From Candidatus Thorarchaeota archaeon (GTDB lineage: Archaea > Asgardarchaeota > Thorarchaeia > Thorarchaeales > Thorarchaeaceae), in assembly GCA_046482545.1 (NCBI GenBank), contig JAWOEX010000023.1:27836-91835 (forward strand): a stretch of 64,000 bases of DNA, in the 5' to 3' direction. Shown in pieces: positions 10,189-20,461 of the stretch. Made by a program: the position numbers and the translations under genes. Under the pieces are notes generated by a model. The model was not told the origin of the DNA. It saw nothing but the letters and a program-made list of their open reading frames with translations, and did not search any database. Each line of letters opens with the position of its first letter. The stretch's first letter is position 1.

Positions 10189-11258
10189 AACTGCCTACTA
10201 TTGGAATGATTGGCTCACACAGTGCAGAGGAAATAGCAACATCAGCAAAATCAAGCGGTTTTGAAACAGTGGTAGTCTGTCAGAAGGGAAGAGAGCGGCT
10301 CTATAGCCATCATGACAGGTATCTCTACGATACCGTAATTGTGCTCGATAAATTTGCAGATATGGTTAATGATGATATCCAGGACCAACTACGGGAATTG
10401 GACACTCTGTGGATTCCTAATCGTTCGTTCTCGGTGTATGTGGGTTATGACAATATCGAGGAACGATTTAACATTCCCATGTACGGGAACAGGCATATCT
10501 TGAGAGTTGAAGAACGAGGGCTAGAACGCGACCAGTACTGGCTCATGGAAGAATCGGGTATTAGAATACCGAAGATGATAGATCCTCACGATATAGATAG
10601 GCTTGTGATCGTCAAGGTTCAACAGAAAGAGCGCCCTCTAGAACGAGCCTTCTTCTACGCTAGTTCTACTGAAGAATATGAGAAGAAGAGTCAAGAGATG
10701 GTAAAAAGGGGGGTTATATCTGAAGATGATCTTGAAGATGCCACTGTCGAGGAGTTCATTCTTGCACCGCGGTTCAATGCGAACTTCCAAGCTTATACTA
10801 TGACGGCCCATTATGGTGACCTCGATCTCGTAGGATTTGACGACAGAATCCAGACCAATCTGAGTGGACTATTGAATCTCCCAGCAAGGGATCAGCTCGG
10901 GCTAGACGTTCCCATAGTCAATGAGGAGGTTGGCCATAAAGGGGTCACCATGCGGGAGAGTAAGAAGCCCTTAGTCTATGCTGCTGCAGAGAAACTCCTA
11001 CAAGGAGTGAAAGAGCATTTTCCACCAGGGATGATAGGACTATTTGCACTTCAAGGAGCATTGACAACTGAATCAGAGTTTGTTGTTTTTGATCTGAGCC
11101 CGAGAGTACCTGGATCCCCATGTGTAGGTCCCACGAGCCCAGAAATGAGGCGTCTCTCTGTCAAAATGGGGAGGGATATCCATAGTCCATTGGATCTCTG
11201 CATGATTGATATTGAAACTGCGGCAAGAGAAGGCCGTCTGGATGAAATCTATACATAA
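10185..11258 (+). CDS. PurP-like ATP-grasp protein, paralogue 2
   Basis: GSHSA, PNRSFSVYVG, LERAFF, MRES, IGLFALQ, DLSPRVPGSP: second archaeal PurP-like subfamily. Confidence 0.85.
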   Translation: MKLPTIGMIGSHSAEEIATSAKSSGFETVVVCQKGRERLYSHHDRYLYDTVIVLDKFADMVNDDIQDQLRELDTLWIPNRSFSVYVGYDNIEERFNIPMYGNRHILRVEERGLERDQYWLMEESGIRIPKMIDPHDIDRLVIVKVQQKERPLERAFFYASSTEEYEKKSQEMVKRGVISEDDLEDATVEEFILAPRFNANFQAYTMTAHYGDLDLVGFDDRIQTNLSGLLNLPARDQLGLDVPIVNEEVGHKGVTMRESKKPLVYAAAEKLLQGVKEHFPPGMIGLFALQGALTTESEFVVFDLSPRVPGSPCVGPTSPEMRRLSVKMGRDIHSPLDLCMIDIETAAREGRLDEIYT

Positions 11259-11267
11259 TTACTAACG

Positions 11268-12284
11268 ATGACGAGTGGCGGACGAGATATGAAAACACAA
11301 AAAGGAAATGGAGCAAATTTGGAAATCATTGCCGAAGGGAAGGTCAAACGAATCTTTGCCGACCCTGATTCTGCTGATAAGATAATAATCGAATTCACCG
11401 ACAGAATCACAGCCGGCGATGGCGAGAAGAGGAAGATTGTTGAAGGAAAAGGAAAAGTGGCATGCATTACATCCCAGTTTCTCCTGAACTATCTTGCAAA
11501 CAAGGGAATTGCAACTCATCTCATAAAGCAACTTGATGATACTATACTTCTATGCCACAAAGTGGATATATTTCCACTTGAAGTCGTATGTAGAAATGTC
11601 GCTGCAGGTTCATTCTGTAGGAGGTACGGAATAAAAAGAGGGAAACACCTTCAGAGACCTTTCGTCGAGTTCTTCCTCAAAGATGATAGCCTCAATGATC
11701 CGCTATTGTCAACCGAAAGCATCCAAGCGTTGTGCATTGCTACTGATGAAGAAATTGCCTTCATGCAGGTGGTCACCCTCTCGGTCAACTACTATCTAGG
11801 AGAGCTCTTGAGTCAGGTTGGACTACATCTCGTCGATTTCAAACTTGAGTTTGGCAAGACTGAAGATGGCGCAATTCTGCTCGCGGATGAAATCTCGGGA
11901 GACACCATTAGGGTGTGGAATAAGGAAGAGGGTTCCTTGGACAAGGACATCTTCAGGGAAGATAAAGGGAAAGTTATGCATGCTTACAATAAATTACTGG
12001 AAATACTCAAAGACACCAGTGCAGAAGATGTATCTACCAGAACAGAAACGCTCTCGGTTCTGGTTCTGCCCAAGGATGGAATCAAGAATCCTCCGGGAGA
12101 TGTCACTAAGAAAGCCATGATAAGACTCGGATTCAAAGATGTGGTTGATGTTCGTGCTGGGCGAGTCTACCGAATTAGTGTTGACCGTCCTATTAATCCA
12201 GCCCTCTTAGAAGATCTCCGAGAAATGAACGTGAAGCTTCTCTCTAATCCAATCGCTGAGAAGACAGAATTGAGGCTAATATAA
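11268..12284 (+). CDS. purC: SAICAR synthetase fused to C-terminal PurS domain (PurC-PurS)
   Basis: EGKVK, PLEVVCRN.AAGS, LVDFKLEFG, LADEISGD; last ~80 aa (VLPKDGIKNPPG...LLSNPIAE) are PurS-like. Start may be ATG 11289. Confidence 0.92.
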   Translation: MTSGGRDMKTQKGNGANLEIIAEGKVKRIFADPDSADKIIIEFTDRITAGDGEKRKIVEGKGKVACITSQFLLNYLANKGIATHLIKQLDDTILLCHKVDIFPLEVVCRNVAAGSFCRRYGIKRGKHLQRPFVEFFLKDDSLNDPLLSTESIQALCIATDEEIAFMQVVTLSVNYYLGELLSQVGLHLVDFKLEFGKTEDGAILLADEISGDTIRVWNKEEGSLDKDIFREDKGKVMHAYNKLLEILKDTSAEDVSTRTETLSVLVLPKDGIKNPPGDVTKKAMIRLGFKDVVDVRAGRVYRISVDRPINPALLEDLREMNVKLLSNPIAEKTELRLI

Positions 12285-12980
12285 TTGGCAATCGCAGTCT
12301 TACGGTTTCCCGGGACGAATAATGAGCATGACGTGATGCGAGCACTTGATAGGGTCTCGGGTGCCGATCCATTTCTAGTTCCAAGTCGTTTAGGTCGGAG
12401 CGCACTTGATGGTGCGGATGGTGTAGTTATCCCTGGAGGTTTCTCATACGGAGACTACCTCCGGGCGGGTGCTGTTGCTGCCGCGGGTGACATTATAGAA
12501 GGTGTGAACGAATTAATCGAAGAGGATAAGCCAGTCGTTGGCATATGTAATGGATTTCAAATCTTAGCAGAATCAAAGCATCTGCCGGGAGCTCTCCTCA
12601 CCAACGAATCTGCACATTTCATTTGTAAATGGACCTATCTGAAAGTCTCTGAAGATGCAACGCGTTTCACCCGAGGTCTTGAAAATACAATTATTCGGAT
12701 ACCGATTGCTCATATGCTCGGAAACTACTACTGCACAAGTGAGGAACTCGATAAGCTCGTATCAGAGAAACAGATTGTCTTCAGATACTGTGACAAGGAA
12801 GGTAATGTTTCCGACAAGACGAACCCCAATGGATCAACCATGAACATTGCTGGGATAGTGAACAAGAGAGGAAATGTGCTTGGAATGATGCCTCACCCCG
12901 AACGAGCTTCTAGAAGTATTCTTGGCTCCCGTGACGGATTGCTGATACTTGAGAACTTTGTGAGGGATTCAATATGCTGA
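12285..12980 (+). CDS. purQ: FGAM synthase glutaminase subunit
   Basis: FPGTN, PGGFSYGDYLRAG, GICNGFQIL, MMPHPER; TTG start. Confidence 0.97.
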   Translation: MAIAVLRFPGTNNEHDVMRALDRVSGADPFLVPSRLGRSALDGADGVVIPGGFSYGDYLRAGAVAAAGDIIEGVNELIEEDKPVVGICNGFQILAESKHLPGALLTNESAHFICKWTYLKVSEDATRFTRGLENTIIRIPIAHMLGNYYCTSEELDKLVSEKQIVFRYCDKEGNVSDKTNPNGSTMNIAGIVNKRGNVLGMMPHPERASRSILGSRDGLLILENFVRDSIC

Positions 12981-15142
12981 CGAAAACCGAACTGAAACAT
13001 GCTTCAAATGTTCTTGGTAGAAAGCCCAATGAAACAGAACTTGCAATGCTTGACGTATTGTGGAGTGAACATTGCAGCTATAAGAGTAGTAAGAGATGGT
13101 TTCATCTGTTCAAGACAAAGGGAAAACAAGTCTATTTGGGTATTGGAGAAGGAGCGGGGCTTGTTGACATAGGGGATGAGACCCTTCTAGGGGTGGCAAT
13201 GGAATCGCACAATCATCCAAGTCAAATTGACCCATACAACGGAGCTGCCACAGGCGTTGGCGGAATAATCCGAGATGTGATATCCCAGGGCTGTAAGCCG
13301 GTTGGATTGATGAATTGCCTGCGGTTTGGTCATCCTAGTAAGCTAAGGAATGCATATCTTCTGGAGCATGTTGTGAGAGGAATCTCAGACTACGGTAACA
13401 GTGTTGGGATTCCCATGGTAGGAGGTGACCTAGAGTTTGATGACTCCTATAATGGTAATTGTCTCGTGAATGTGGCCTGCATTGGTGTCGTCAAACCTGA
13501 CAAAGTTATCAGAAGCATTGCACGAACTCCGGGGCACCACTTGGTTATGTTTGGTTCAACAACCGGAAGAGACGGTATTGCTGGTGTGAGCTTCGCCTCA
13601 GAGAGCTTCTCCGACCAAGAGGAGGAAAAAAGAAGCGCGGTCCAGATAGGCGACCCCCTAGCCAAGAAGGTTCTCCTTGATACCCTCAATGAATTAGTAG
13701 AAGAGGAGATTATTGTGGGTCTCCAAGATTTGGGAGGTGGTGGCCTTGCGTGTTGTGCAGGAGAGATGGCGGCGAATGGTGGCACAGGTGCAAGAATCGA
13801 GGTAGATAAAGTACCCCTAAGAGAGAAGGATATGGCATCGTGGGAAATCATCGTGTCAGAATCACAGGAAAGGATGCTCGCAGTGGTTCCACCCAAGAAC
13901 TTGGACGCCGTGCTGGAGATATTAGCAAGAAATGAAACACCACATGCGGTTGTTGGCCAAGTGACAGATGATGAGCATTACACAGTCTTGCAGGCGGGCG
14001 AGGTTAAGGCTAAGGTACCCATTGACCTTCTTATCGATGGATTTCCCGTGCCTGAACGAGTTGAAGGTGCTATACCGGCACAGAAGCAGAACCTAGATTG
14101 GATCGAAGAAGAATACGATTTCTCCAGTATAATCTTGAATCTGATGAAATCCCTCAATATCTGCGATCGTTCTTGGGTTTATTCGCAGTATGATCAGCAT
14201 GTCCAGACAAATACCATCGTGGACATCGGAGAGAATGCGGGTGTTCTTGAATTCCCATTCGATAAGAAGATAGCATTCTCAAGTTCCTGTAAATCTTATT
14301 GGTGCCTTCTTAATCCTCAGCAAGGTACAGCCAACTCTGCGGCCAATGTGCTGCGGAATATTGTCTCCATGGGAGCAAGTCCTATCCTGATAGCAGACTG
14401 TCTCAACTTTGGCAACCCCGAACGACCCGAATCCTATGCTCAGTATGTAGAGGCGGTAAGAGGGCTCGGAAGATTCTCCAATGATTTCGATATACCCATT
14501 GTAGGAGGAAATGTTTCACTCTATAATGAGAGTAAGTCAAATGGGAAGGTTCGCCGGATTAACCCGACCCCAGAAATAATGATAGCCGGATTGTTTGAGC
14601 CCGGGTACATGCCTGTCAGAAGAAATCTAAAGACGCCCGCGTCGAAGTTATTGCTGGTAGGAGAGACTATGCCAGAACTCAACGGGACAGCTTTTCAGGA
14701 GACCTCGACTGGAAAGGTAAAAGGGTCCCCTCCAATCTATCGTCCCAGCTTGGAGAAAAACGTAATGAATGCAATGCTTGAAGCTCACAAAATGCAATTG
14801 ATACAGTCATGCAATAACCTAGGAAGAGGGGGGTTTGCCATCGCAATGATGAAGATGGTCATGAACAGTGACCATGGCTTCAAGATAGACTTGGAATCCA
14901 TACCGGGAAGTGCTTCGAGAGATGTAGAGATACTTTTCTCTGAGTCTTCTGCTCGATATTTGGCTGAGGTCACCAAATCGAATCAACAGAAGTTCATGGG
15001 TTTGATGGAGAAGCACGAAGCACCCGTAATCGAGATTGGGAGGACAGTAGATGAACACGTTTCTGATTTCGGAGATTTTCGGGTCGATCTGGAAGCAGCA
15101 GAACAAGCCTATAGAAAGGGCCTAAGAAAATACATGGAGTAA
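12974..15142 (+). CDS. purL: FGAM synthase synthetase subunit (small PurL)
   Basis: WSEHCSYKSS, ESHNHPS, GAATGVGGIIRD, QDLGGGG, SESQERM, GGNVSLYN. Confidence 0.97.
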   Translation: MLTKTELKHASNVLGRKPNETELAMLDVLWSEHCSYKSSKRWFHLFKTKGKQVYLGIGEGAGLVDIGDETLLGVAMESHNHPSQIDPYNGAATGVGGIIRDVISQGCKPVGLMNCLRFGHPSKLRNAYLLEHVVRGISDYGNSVGIPMVGGDLEFDDSYNGNCLVNVACIGVVKPDKVIRSIARTPGHHLVMFGSTTGRDGIAGVSFASESFSDQEEEKRSAVQIGDPLAKKVLLDTLNELVEEEIIVGLQDLGGGGLACCAGEMAANGGTGARIEVDKVPLREKDMASWEIIVSESQERMLAVVPPKNLDAVLEILARNETPHAVVGQVTDDEHYTVLQAGEVKAKVPIDLLIDGFPVPERVEGAIPAQKQNLDWIEEEYDFSSIILNLMKSLNICDRSWVYSQYDQHVQTNTIVDIGENAGVLEFPFDKKIAFSSSCKSYWCLLNPQQGTANSAANVLRNIVSMGASPILIADCLNFGNPERPESYAQYVEAVRGLGRFSNDFDIPIVGGNVSLYNESKSNGKVRRINPTPEIMIAGLFEPGYMPVRRNLKTPASKLLLVGETMPELNGTAFQETSTGKVKGSPPIYRPSLEKNVMNAMLEAHKMQLIQSCNNLGRGGFAIAMMKMVMNSDHGFKIDLESIPGSASRDVEILFSESSARYLAEVTKSNQQKFMGLMEKHEAPVIEIGRTVDEHVSDFGDFRVDLEAAEQAYRKGLRKYME

Positions 15143-15147
15143 TCTAT

Positions 15148-16584
15148 TTGACGGACGTACTGGTAATTGCAGGTAGCAAAAGCGATGCCAAGATAGTAAG
15201 AAAGGCAACACGGGTACTCAACGATCTCTCAGTCTCACATATTGTGGAGTATGCATCAGCTCATCGAGAACCAGAAAGAGTGAGAGAGATTGTTGAAGAT
15301 ACAGAAGCCAATGTTATAATTGCAATTGCTGGCCTTGCGGCAGCACTTCCGGGAGTTGTTGCATCGCTCACAGAAAAGCCGGTGATTGGAGTTCCAGTCT
15401 CTGCAGCTATCGGGGGCCTTGATGCCCTCTTATCGATTGCGCAGATGCCAAAGGGTGTACCAGTGGCAACTGTAGGTATTGACAACGGTCAGAATGCAGC
15501 CTATTTGGCCGCTCGGATAATGGGGGTAAAACCACCACACCAAGCAGAGGTACCCCAGACTTACGCAGAGGCAGGAGTAGAAGAGGAAGAGGTCTCCAAG
15601 GGACTGGAAGTACTTGGAAAATATGTGAGAGAATCCTTTCAGTATGGAGAAGTCATGCAGGACTATGGTCACTATGCGAACACAGTGAAGATTTCAGACA
15701 ATCTATGTATCGCTCTATCAACTGACGGTGTCGGAAGTAAGGTCCTCGTTGCCGAGATGGCGGAGAGATACGATACAATTGGGCAAGACTGCGTCGCGAT
15801 GAATGTTAACGACCTAATCTCGATTGGTGCTATGCCAATAGGATTTGTTGACTACCTGGCCTCGAAGGAACCGCTTCCTGTTCAGATTCTTGAGCAAATC
15901 GGTCAGAGCCTTCTCGATGCGTGTACTGAATCCGGAATCCCTATCCTCGGTGGTGAAATGGCAATCCTTCCCGAAATCATACAGGGAGCCTCGGACATTG
16001 CCTTAGATTTAGCTGGGACAGCCGTTGGCATGGCTCATCCGTTGAAACTCATTGATGGTAGTGCAATAGAAAATGGGGATGCAATTTTAGGTGTTTCATC
16101 AAATGGACTCCACTCAAATGGATTCACGCTTGCTAGGAAGGTGGTTTTCTCATCACTCAATATCAATGACAAATTTCCATGGGGCAGGAATGTCTCAGAT
16201 GAGTTGCTAAGACCAACCAGAGTATATGTCCCTCATTTCCGAGCATTGAGAGAACATGGGATTGAAGTCCGTGGAGTTGCACATATCACGGGTTCAGGAT
16301 TCAAGAAAATTCTCCGCCTTCACACTGCAAGATTCAAAATCAAGAGATTTCCTGATGTTCCACCAATTTTCTCGTTTCTTCAGAAGCAAGGAGATATCAA
16401 ATGGAAAGAGATGTTCTCTACTTTCAATATGGGAGTTGGCCTAATCGTAATTGTCTCTCACAGTCAGAAACAATCGGCATTTCAGGCCCTCTCCGCCCTT
16501 GATGAAACCTATGATTTAGGGGTTGTGGAGAAGACAGACACACCTTCAGTATTCATTGAGCCATATGGAGTCGAACTATCGTGA
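15148..16584 (+). CDS. purM: PurE (AIR carboxylase/N5-CAIR mutase) fused to PurM (AIR synthetase)
   Basis: N-terminal GSKSD, SAHR, PVIGVP, QMPKGVPVATV (PurE); C-terminal TYAEAGV, STDGVGSK, GLHSNGF, HITG, TFNMGVG (PurM). Confidence 0.93.
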   Translation: MTDVLVIAGSKSDAKIVRKATRVLNDLSVSHIVEYASAHREPERVREIVEDTEANVIIAIAGLAAALPGVVASLTEKPVIGVPVSAAIGGLDALLSIAQMPKGVPVATVGIDNGQNAAYLAARIMGVKPPHQAEVPQTYAEAGVEEEEVSKGLEVLGKYVRESFQYGEVMQDYGHYANTVKISDNLCIALSTDGVGSKVLVAEMAERYDTIGQDCVAMNVNDLISIGAMPIGFVDYLASKEPLPVQILEQIGQSLLDACTESGIPILGGEMAILPEIIQGASDIALDLAGTAVGMAHPLKLIDGSAIENGDAILGVSSNGLHSNGFTLARKVVFSSLNINDKFPWGRNVSDELLRPTRVYVPHFRALREHGIEVRGVAHITGSGFKKILRLHTARFKIKRFPDVPPIFSFLQKQGDIKWKEMFSTFNMGVGLIVIVSHSQKQSAFQALSALDETYDLGVVEKTDTPSVFIEPYGVELS

Positions 16585-17837
16585 CCAACGTCCTGCTAAT
16601 CGGAAACGGAGCCAGAGAGCACGCCATAGCTCGCGCACTCCACAAATCGGGTGTCATTCTATGGTCACTGATGGAATATGTAAATCCAGGCATCGAATCG
16701 CTTTCAGAACGAGCATTTCAAGGAAAGCTCAACGAGATAGACACAATATCGAATCTAGAAGAGATTGATTATGCTGTTGTTGGACCTGAAGCCCCACTAG
16801 GGAAGGGAGTTGTTGATGAACTCGAGCAGCGCGGAATTCCTGCTGTCGGTCCCTGCAAGGGCCCGGCAAATCTCGAAATCAGCAAGGTCTTCGCCAGGCA
16901 GCTGCTCCAACGCGTATCGCCAGAAGCGAATCCGAGATTCGAGGTCGTGAATAGAGCAAAGGATATCAACACCGCAATAGATGAAATTGGCCTTGAAGAT
17001 CTTGTAATCAAGCCAGATGGCTTGACTGGTGGAAAGGGTGTAAGACTGTTTGAGGAGCATGTACATTCACGCGATGAGGCTATTGATTATGCAGAAAGAA
17101 TGATCCAACGGGATGGATGTGTAATCTTGGAGGAGAAGCTTGCCGGGCGAGAATTCACAGTTCAGGCGTTTGTTGATGGGTCCGGAAGAATCGAACCCAT
17201 GCCTCTTGTTCGGGATTTCAAGAGAGCCTTTGATGGTGACACCGGGCCTAATACCGGTTCAATGGGTTCCTATTCACGGCAATCCCACGATTTGGAATAC
17301 CTGAGTAATAGCGAGGCTGATACTGCTGTGGATATTATGAGAAAAACCGTTAAGGCAGTAGAGAAAGAGACTGGCGAGTCCTACAAAGGTATTCTCTATG
17401 GCCAATTCATGAAGACTCAAGACCAAGTCAAGGTAATTGAGTTTAACGTGAGATTTGGCGATCCCGAGGCGATGAATGTTCTCTCAATCTTGGAAACACC
17501 AATGAACGAGGTGTGCCAGGGCATTATCAACGGCTCACTGAAGAAGCCACAATTCAAGAATCTTGCAACAGTTTGTGTTTACATCGTACCCGAGGGCTAT
17601 CCAGGCGATAGTGTCCTCGTTGATGAGCCCTTATTTGTCAGGAATGGAATCGAGAATGAGCTCTATTACGCGTCAGTCTATAGGAGAAAACGAAGCATCT
17701 ACACAACTGGAAGCCGCTCTATTGCTATTCTGGCAAAAGGTCCTTCTGTCAGAGAGGCTAGAAACGCCGCCTATAGGGATGTCGATAAAATCGACGGTAG
17801 AGTCCGATATCGAAAAGACATTGCAGAAGAGTTCTAG
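16581..17837 (+). CDS. purD: Phosphoribosylamine-glycine ligase
   Basis: GNGAREHA, VGPEAPL, KPDGLTGGKGV, GPNTGSMG, EFNVRFGDPE. Confidence 0.97.
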   Translation: MTNVLLIGNGAREHAIARALHKSGVILWSLMEYVNPGIESLSERAFQGKLNEIDTISNLEEIDYAVVGPEAPLGKGVVDELEQRGIPAVGPCKGPANLEISKVFARQLLQRVSPEANPRFEVVNRAKDINTAIDEIGLEDLVIKPDGLTGGKGVRLFEEHVHSRDEAIDYAERMIQRDGCVILEEKLAGREFTVQAFVDGSGRIEPMPLVRDFKRAFDGDTGPNTGSMGSYSRQSHDLEYLSNSEADTAVDIMRKTVKAVEKETGESYKGILYGQFMKTQDQVKVIEFNVRFGDPEAMNVLSILETPMNEVCQGIINGSLKKPQFKNLATVCVYIVPEGYPGDSVLVDEPLFVRNGIENELYYASVYRRKRSIYTTGSRSIAILAKGPSVREARNAAYRDVDKIDGRVRYRKDIAEEF

Positions 17838-17853
17838 AAAAGGTGATTAAGTC

Positions 17854-19416
17854 GTGACCGCCACAGAGTGCGTCCTAGTGGTTGATTTTGGAGGGCAATA
17901 CACACATCTCATATCTCGTCGATGCAGAGATCTAGGCGTTTTCGCTAAGATTATTCCTCAAGACAAAGCCCTGACCGGTGAGGATTTACAGGGTGTAAAA
18001 GGAGTGATTCTCTCAGGGGGTCCTCGATCGATTGAAGACGGTGATTTGGGAGCTCCCTTTGACGCAAACATGGAACAGCTTCATGAGAAGCAGATTCCCG
18101 TTCTAGGAATCTGTTTCGGACATCAACTGCTGGCGATTTGGAAAGGAGCACAACTCTCTCCCGGCGGCAACCCCGAGTATGGCAAAACAGAACTACAGCT
18201 GTTGGAGAGGGAGTCTATCTTAGCCGAGCTTGAAAATGAGCAGCAAGTCTGGATGTCTCATAGCGATGAGGTTGCGGAGTTGCCACAGGATTTGGAGCCT
18301 CTGGCAATGAGCGGAGAAGCGAGAATTGCCGCTTTCCGTAGCAAAGATGACCTCCTCTTTGGAGTCCAGTTCCATCCAGAAGTCACCCATACTCCAAATG
18401 GTATGACGGTTCTACAGAGATTCCTGCGCAATAAGTGTCAATGCAAAGACACATGGACTCCTGAAGAAGAAGTCAGCAGTATATTCAGTTCAATACAGAA
18501 GAAAGTGGGCAATGGCAGAGTGCTAATGGGTACGAGCGGAGGTGTTGATTCTACTGTAGCAGCATACCTAATCCATCAGGCAATAGGTGAGAGACTTTAT
18601 TGTGTCTTTGTGGACAATGGTCTCCTTCGAGCTGGAGAGCGTCATGAGGTAGAGAGAGCCTTCAGGGAGATGAATTTCGAACACTTCGTTGTCGTGGACG
18701 CCTCGGAAAGATTCCTCAAGCAGTTGGAGGGGGTTGAAGACCCCGAAGAGAAGCGCAAAGTGATTGCGGATACGTTTATTGAAGTTTTTGAGGAAAAAGC
18801 CAAGAATCTCGGAGACGAAATCGGAGAATTCGATTTCCTGGGGCAGGGAACCATCTATCCAGATCGGGTAGAAAGCGCAGCCACAGGAAAGTCGACTGCG
18901 GTCATCAAAAGTCACCATAATGTACGATTACCGGCGTGGATGAGCCTCAAATTGGTGGAACCCCTGAAGAACCTGTACAAAGATGAGGTTCGGAAAGTGG
19001 GAATTTCCCTCGGGATTCCAAATCATATGGTTCGGAGACAGCCTTTCCCAGGACCATCCCTTGCTATCAGAATTGGAGGACCAGTAACTAAGAAACAAAT
19101 CGCAATTGTTAGAGAGGCTGACGCCATATTGCAGAATGAGCTCAAAAATGAGCCAATCTACTCCTCGATATGGCAATCGTTCTGCGTGCTTCTTCCTGTT
19201 AGATCGGTGGGTGTTATGGGGGACGAACGTACCTATGATCAGGCGATTGCTATACGAATCGTTGAGAGCTCTGACGCAATGACAGCATCTGTAATTAGGC
19301 CCGATTGGAGCTTGCTTCTTCATATATCTTCGAGAATAGTGAATGAAGTCGACGGAATCAACAGAGTGGTATATGACCTCACATCAAAGCCACCGGGAAC
19401 AATAGAATGGTACTAA
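17854..19416 (+). CDS. guaA: GMP synthase (glutamine-hydrolysing), two-domain form
   Basis: DFGGQYT, GICFGHQ, QFHPEV, SGGVDS, IKSHHN, KPPGTIEW. Confidence 0.97.
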   Translation: MTATECVLVVDFGGQYTHLISRRCRDLGVFAKIIPQDKALTGEDLQGVKGVILSGGPRSIEDGDLGAPFDANMEQLHEKQIPVLGICFGHQLLAIWKGAQLSPGGNPEYGKTELQLLERESILAELENEQQVWMSHSDEVAELPQDLEPLAMSGEARIAAFRSKDDLLFGVQFHPEVTHTPNGMTVLQRFLRNKCQCKDTWTPEEEVSSIFSSIQKKVGNGRVLMGTSGGVDSTVAAYLIHQAIGERLYCVFVDNGLLRAGERHEVERAFREMNFEHFVVVDASERFLKQLEGVEDPEEKRKVIADTFIEVFEEKAKNLGDEIGEFDFLGQGTIYPDRVESAATGKSTAVIKSHHNVRLPAWMSLKLVEPLKNLYKDEVRKVGISLGIPNHMVRRQPFPGPSLAIRIGGPVTKKQIAIVREADAILQNELKNEPIYSSIWQSFCVLLPVRSVGVMGDERTYDQAIAIRIVESSDAMTASVIRPDWSLLLHISSRIVNEVDGINRVVYDLTSKPPGTIEWY

Positions 19417-19597
19417 TCGCAGGTCTCATTATTCAAGGTATAAGAGTACGTTTCATGATGAGGACACCACAACGCAGAATGTATAGTCCATTGAGTGTTG
19501 CTTCCCCACTACGCCTCAGCAGGCACTTGAACCTCTCCCAGCGAATCCGTCTCACTTCTTGTTTCCCACACCATGGTTATACACACCAGCACGAGAG

Positions 19598-20461
19598 TTA
19601 TACAAGCATTTCATCGATTATATCTTGCAGAACTTCAGCATTGTTTTTATGGTCTCTAAGCCTTCCTTCAGGAAGCGCCAATTCGTCTGCCAAGTGTGTT
19701 CTCTCATGTTTGTAAAAAACGCCAGTTGGAATGCTATCTCCAAACTCGAATGATTTCTCCAAAGCTGCAGATTTGTCACTACTGTCGTGTTCAGTATCTT
19801 TCAGTTTGTACACCCTTTCCCTGAAGAAATCCCAGTCCCATTTCGGGTTAAACACTACACAAGGTTGCATTATCTCGACCAATGCAAATCCGGAATGTTG
19901 CACCCCATCTACTATCAGCTGAGTAAGCTGCTGAATATCGCCAGCAAAGCCTCTAGCCACAAATGTCGCTCCACCCATGATTGCCACTCCAATCGGATTC
20001 ACTGGATCCATTGGAACTCCTATTGGCGGCGGTGAAGTCTTGCTCACAAAGCCATGAGGAGAAGTGGGAGAGTATTGACCTTTGGTCAGACCATATACGC
20101 CGTTGTTGTGGAGAAGGCAGGTTATATTGACATTCCTTCGTGCTGCGTGCATCAGATGACCAAGACCTTCGCCAAGCAAATCTCCGTCTCCCCCATGTAC
20201 AATCACTTTCAGGTCAGTGTTGGCAACGTGAGCTCCTGTTGCAACTGGAATCGCCCGCCCGTGAAGGGTGTGGAACCCATTCAGATTGATGAAATGAGGA
20301 GTTTTTCCTGATTGCCCTATTCCAGACACCAAGAAGAACTCATGTTTAGGATGTCCGAGCTCCATCACAGCCTGTTTGAGCGCTCGTAGGATTCCGAAGT
20401 TGCCACAACCTGGACACCATTGGATTTCCTGAGGGGGTTCCAATTCTTCTCGGTCTATCAT
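19598..20461 (-). CDS. 2-oxoacid:ferredoxin oxidoreductase beta subunit
   Basis: WCPGCGNF, HGRA, GGDGD TPP motif, YGLTKGQYSPT. Confidence 0.95.
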   Translation of the reverse strand: MIDREELEPPQEIQWCPGCGNFGILRALKQAVMELGHPKHEFFLVSGIGQSGKTPHFINLNGFHTLHGRAIPVATGAHVANTDLKVIVHGGDGDLLGEGLGHLMHAARRNVNITCLLHNNGVYGLTKGQYSPTSPHGFVSKTSPPPIGVPMDPVNPIGVAIMGGATFVARGFAGDIQQLTQLIVDGVQHSGFALVEIMQPCVVFNPKWDWDFFRERVYKLKDTEHDSSDKSAALEKSFEFGDSIPTGVFYKHERTHLADELALPEGRLRDHKNNAEVLQDIIDEMLV

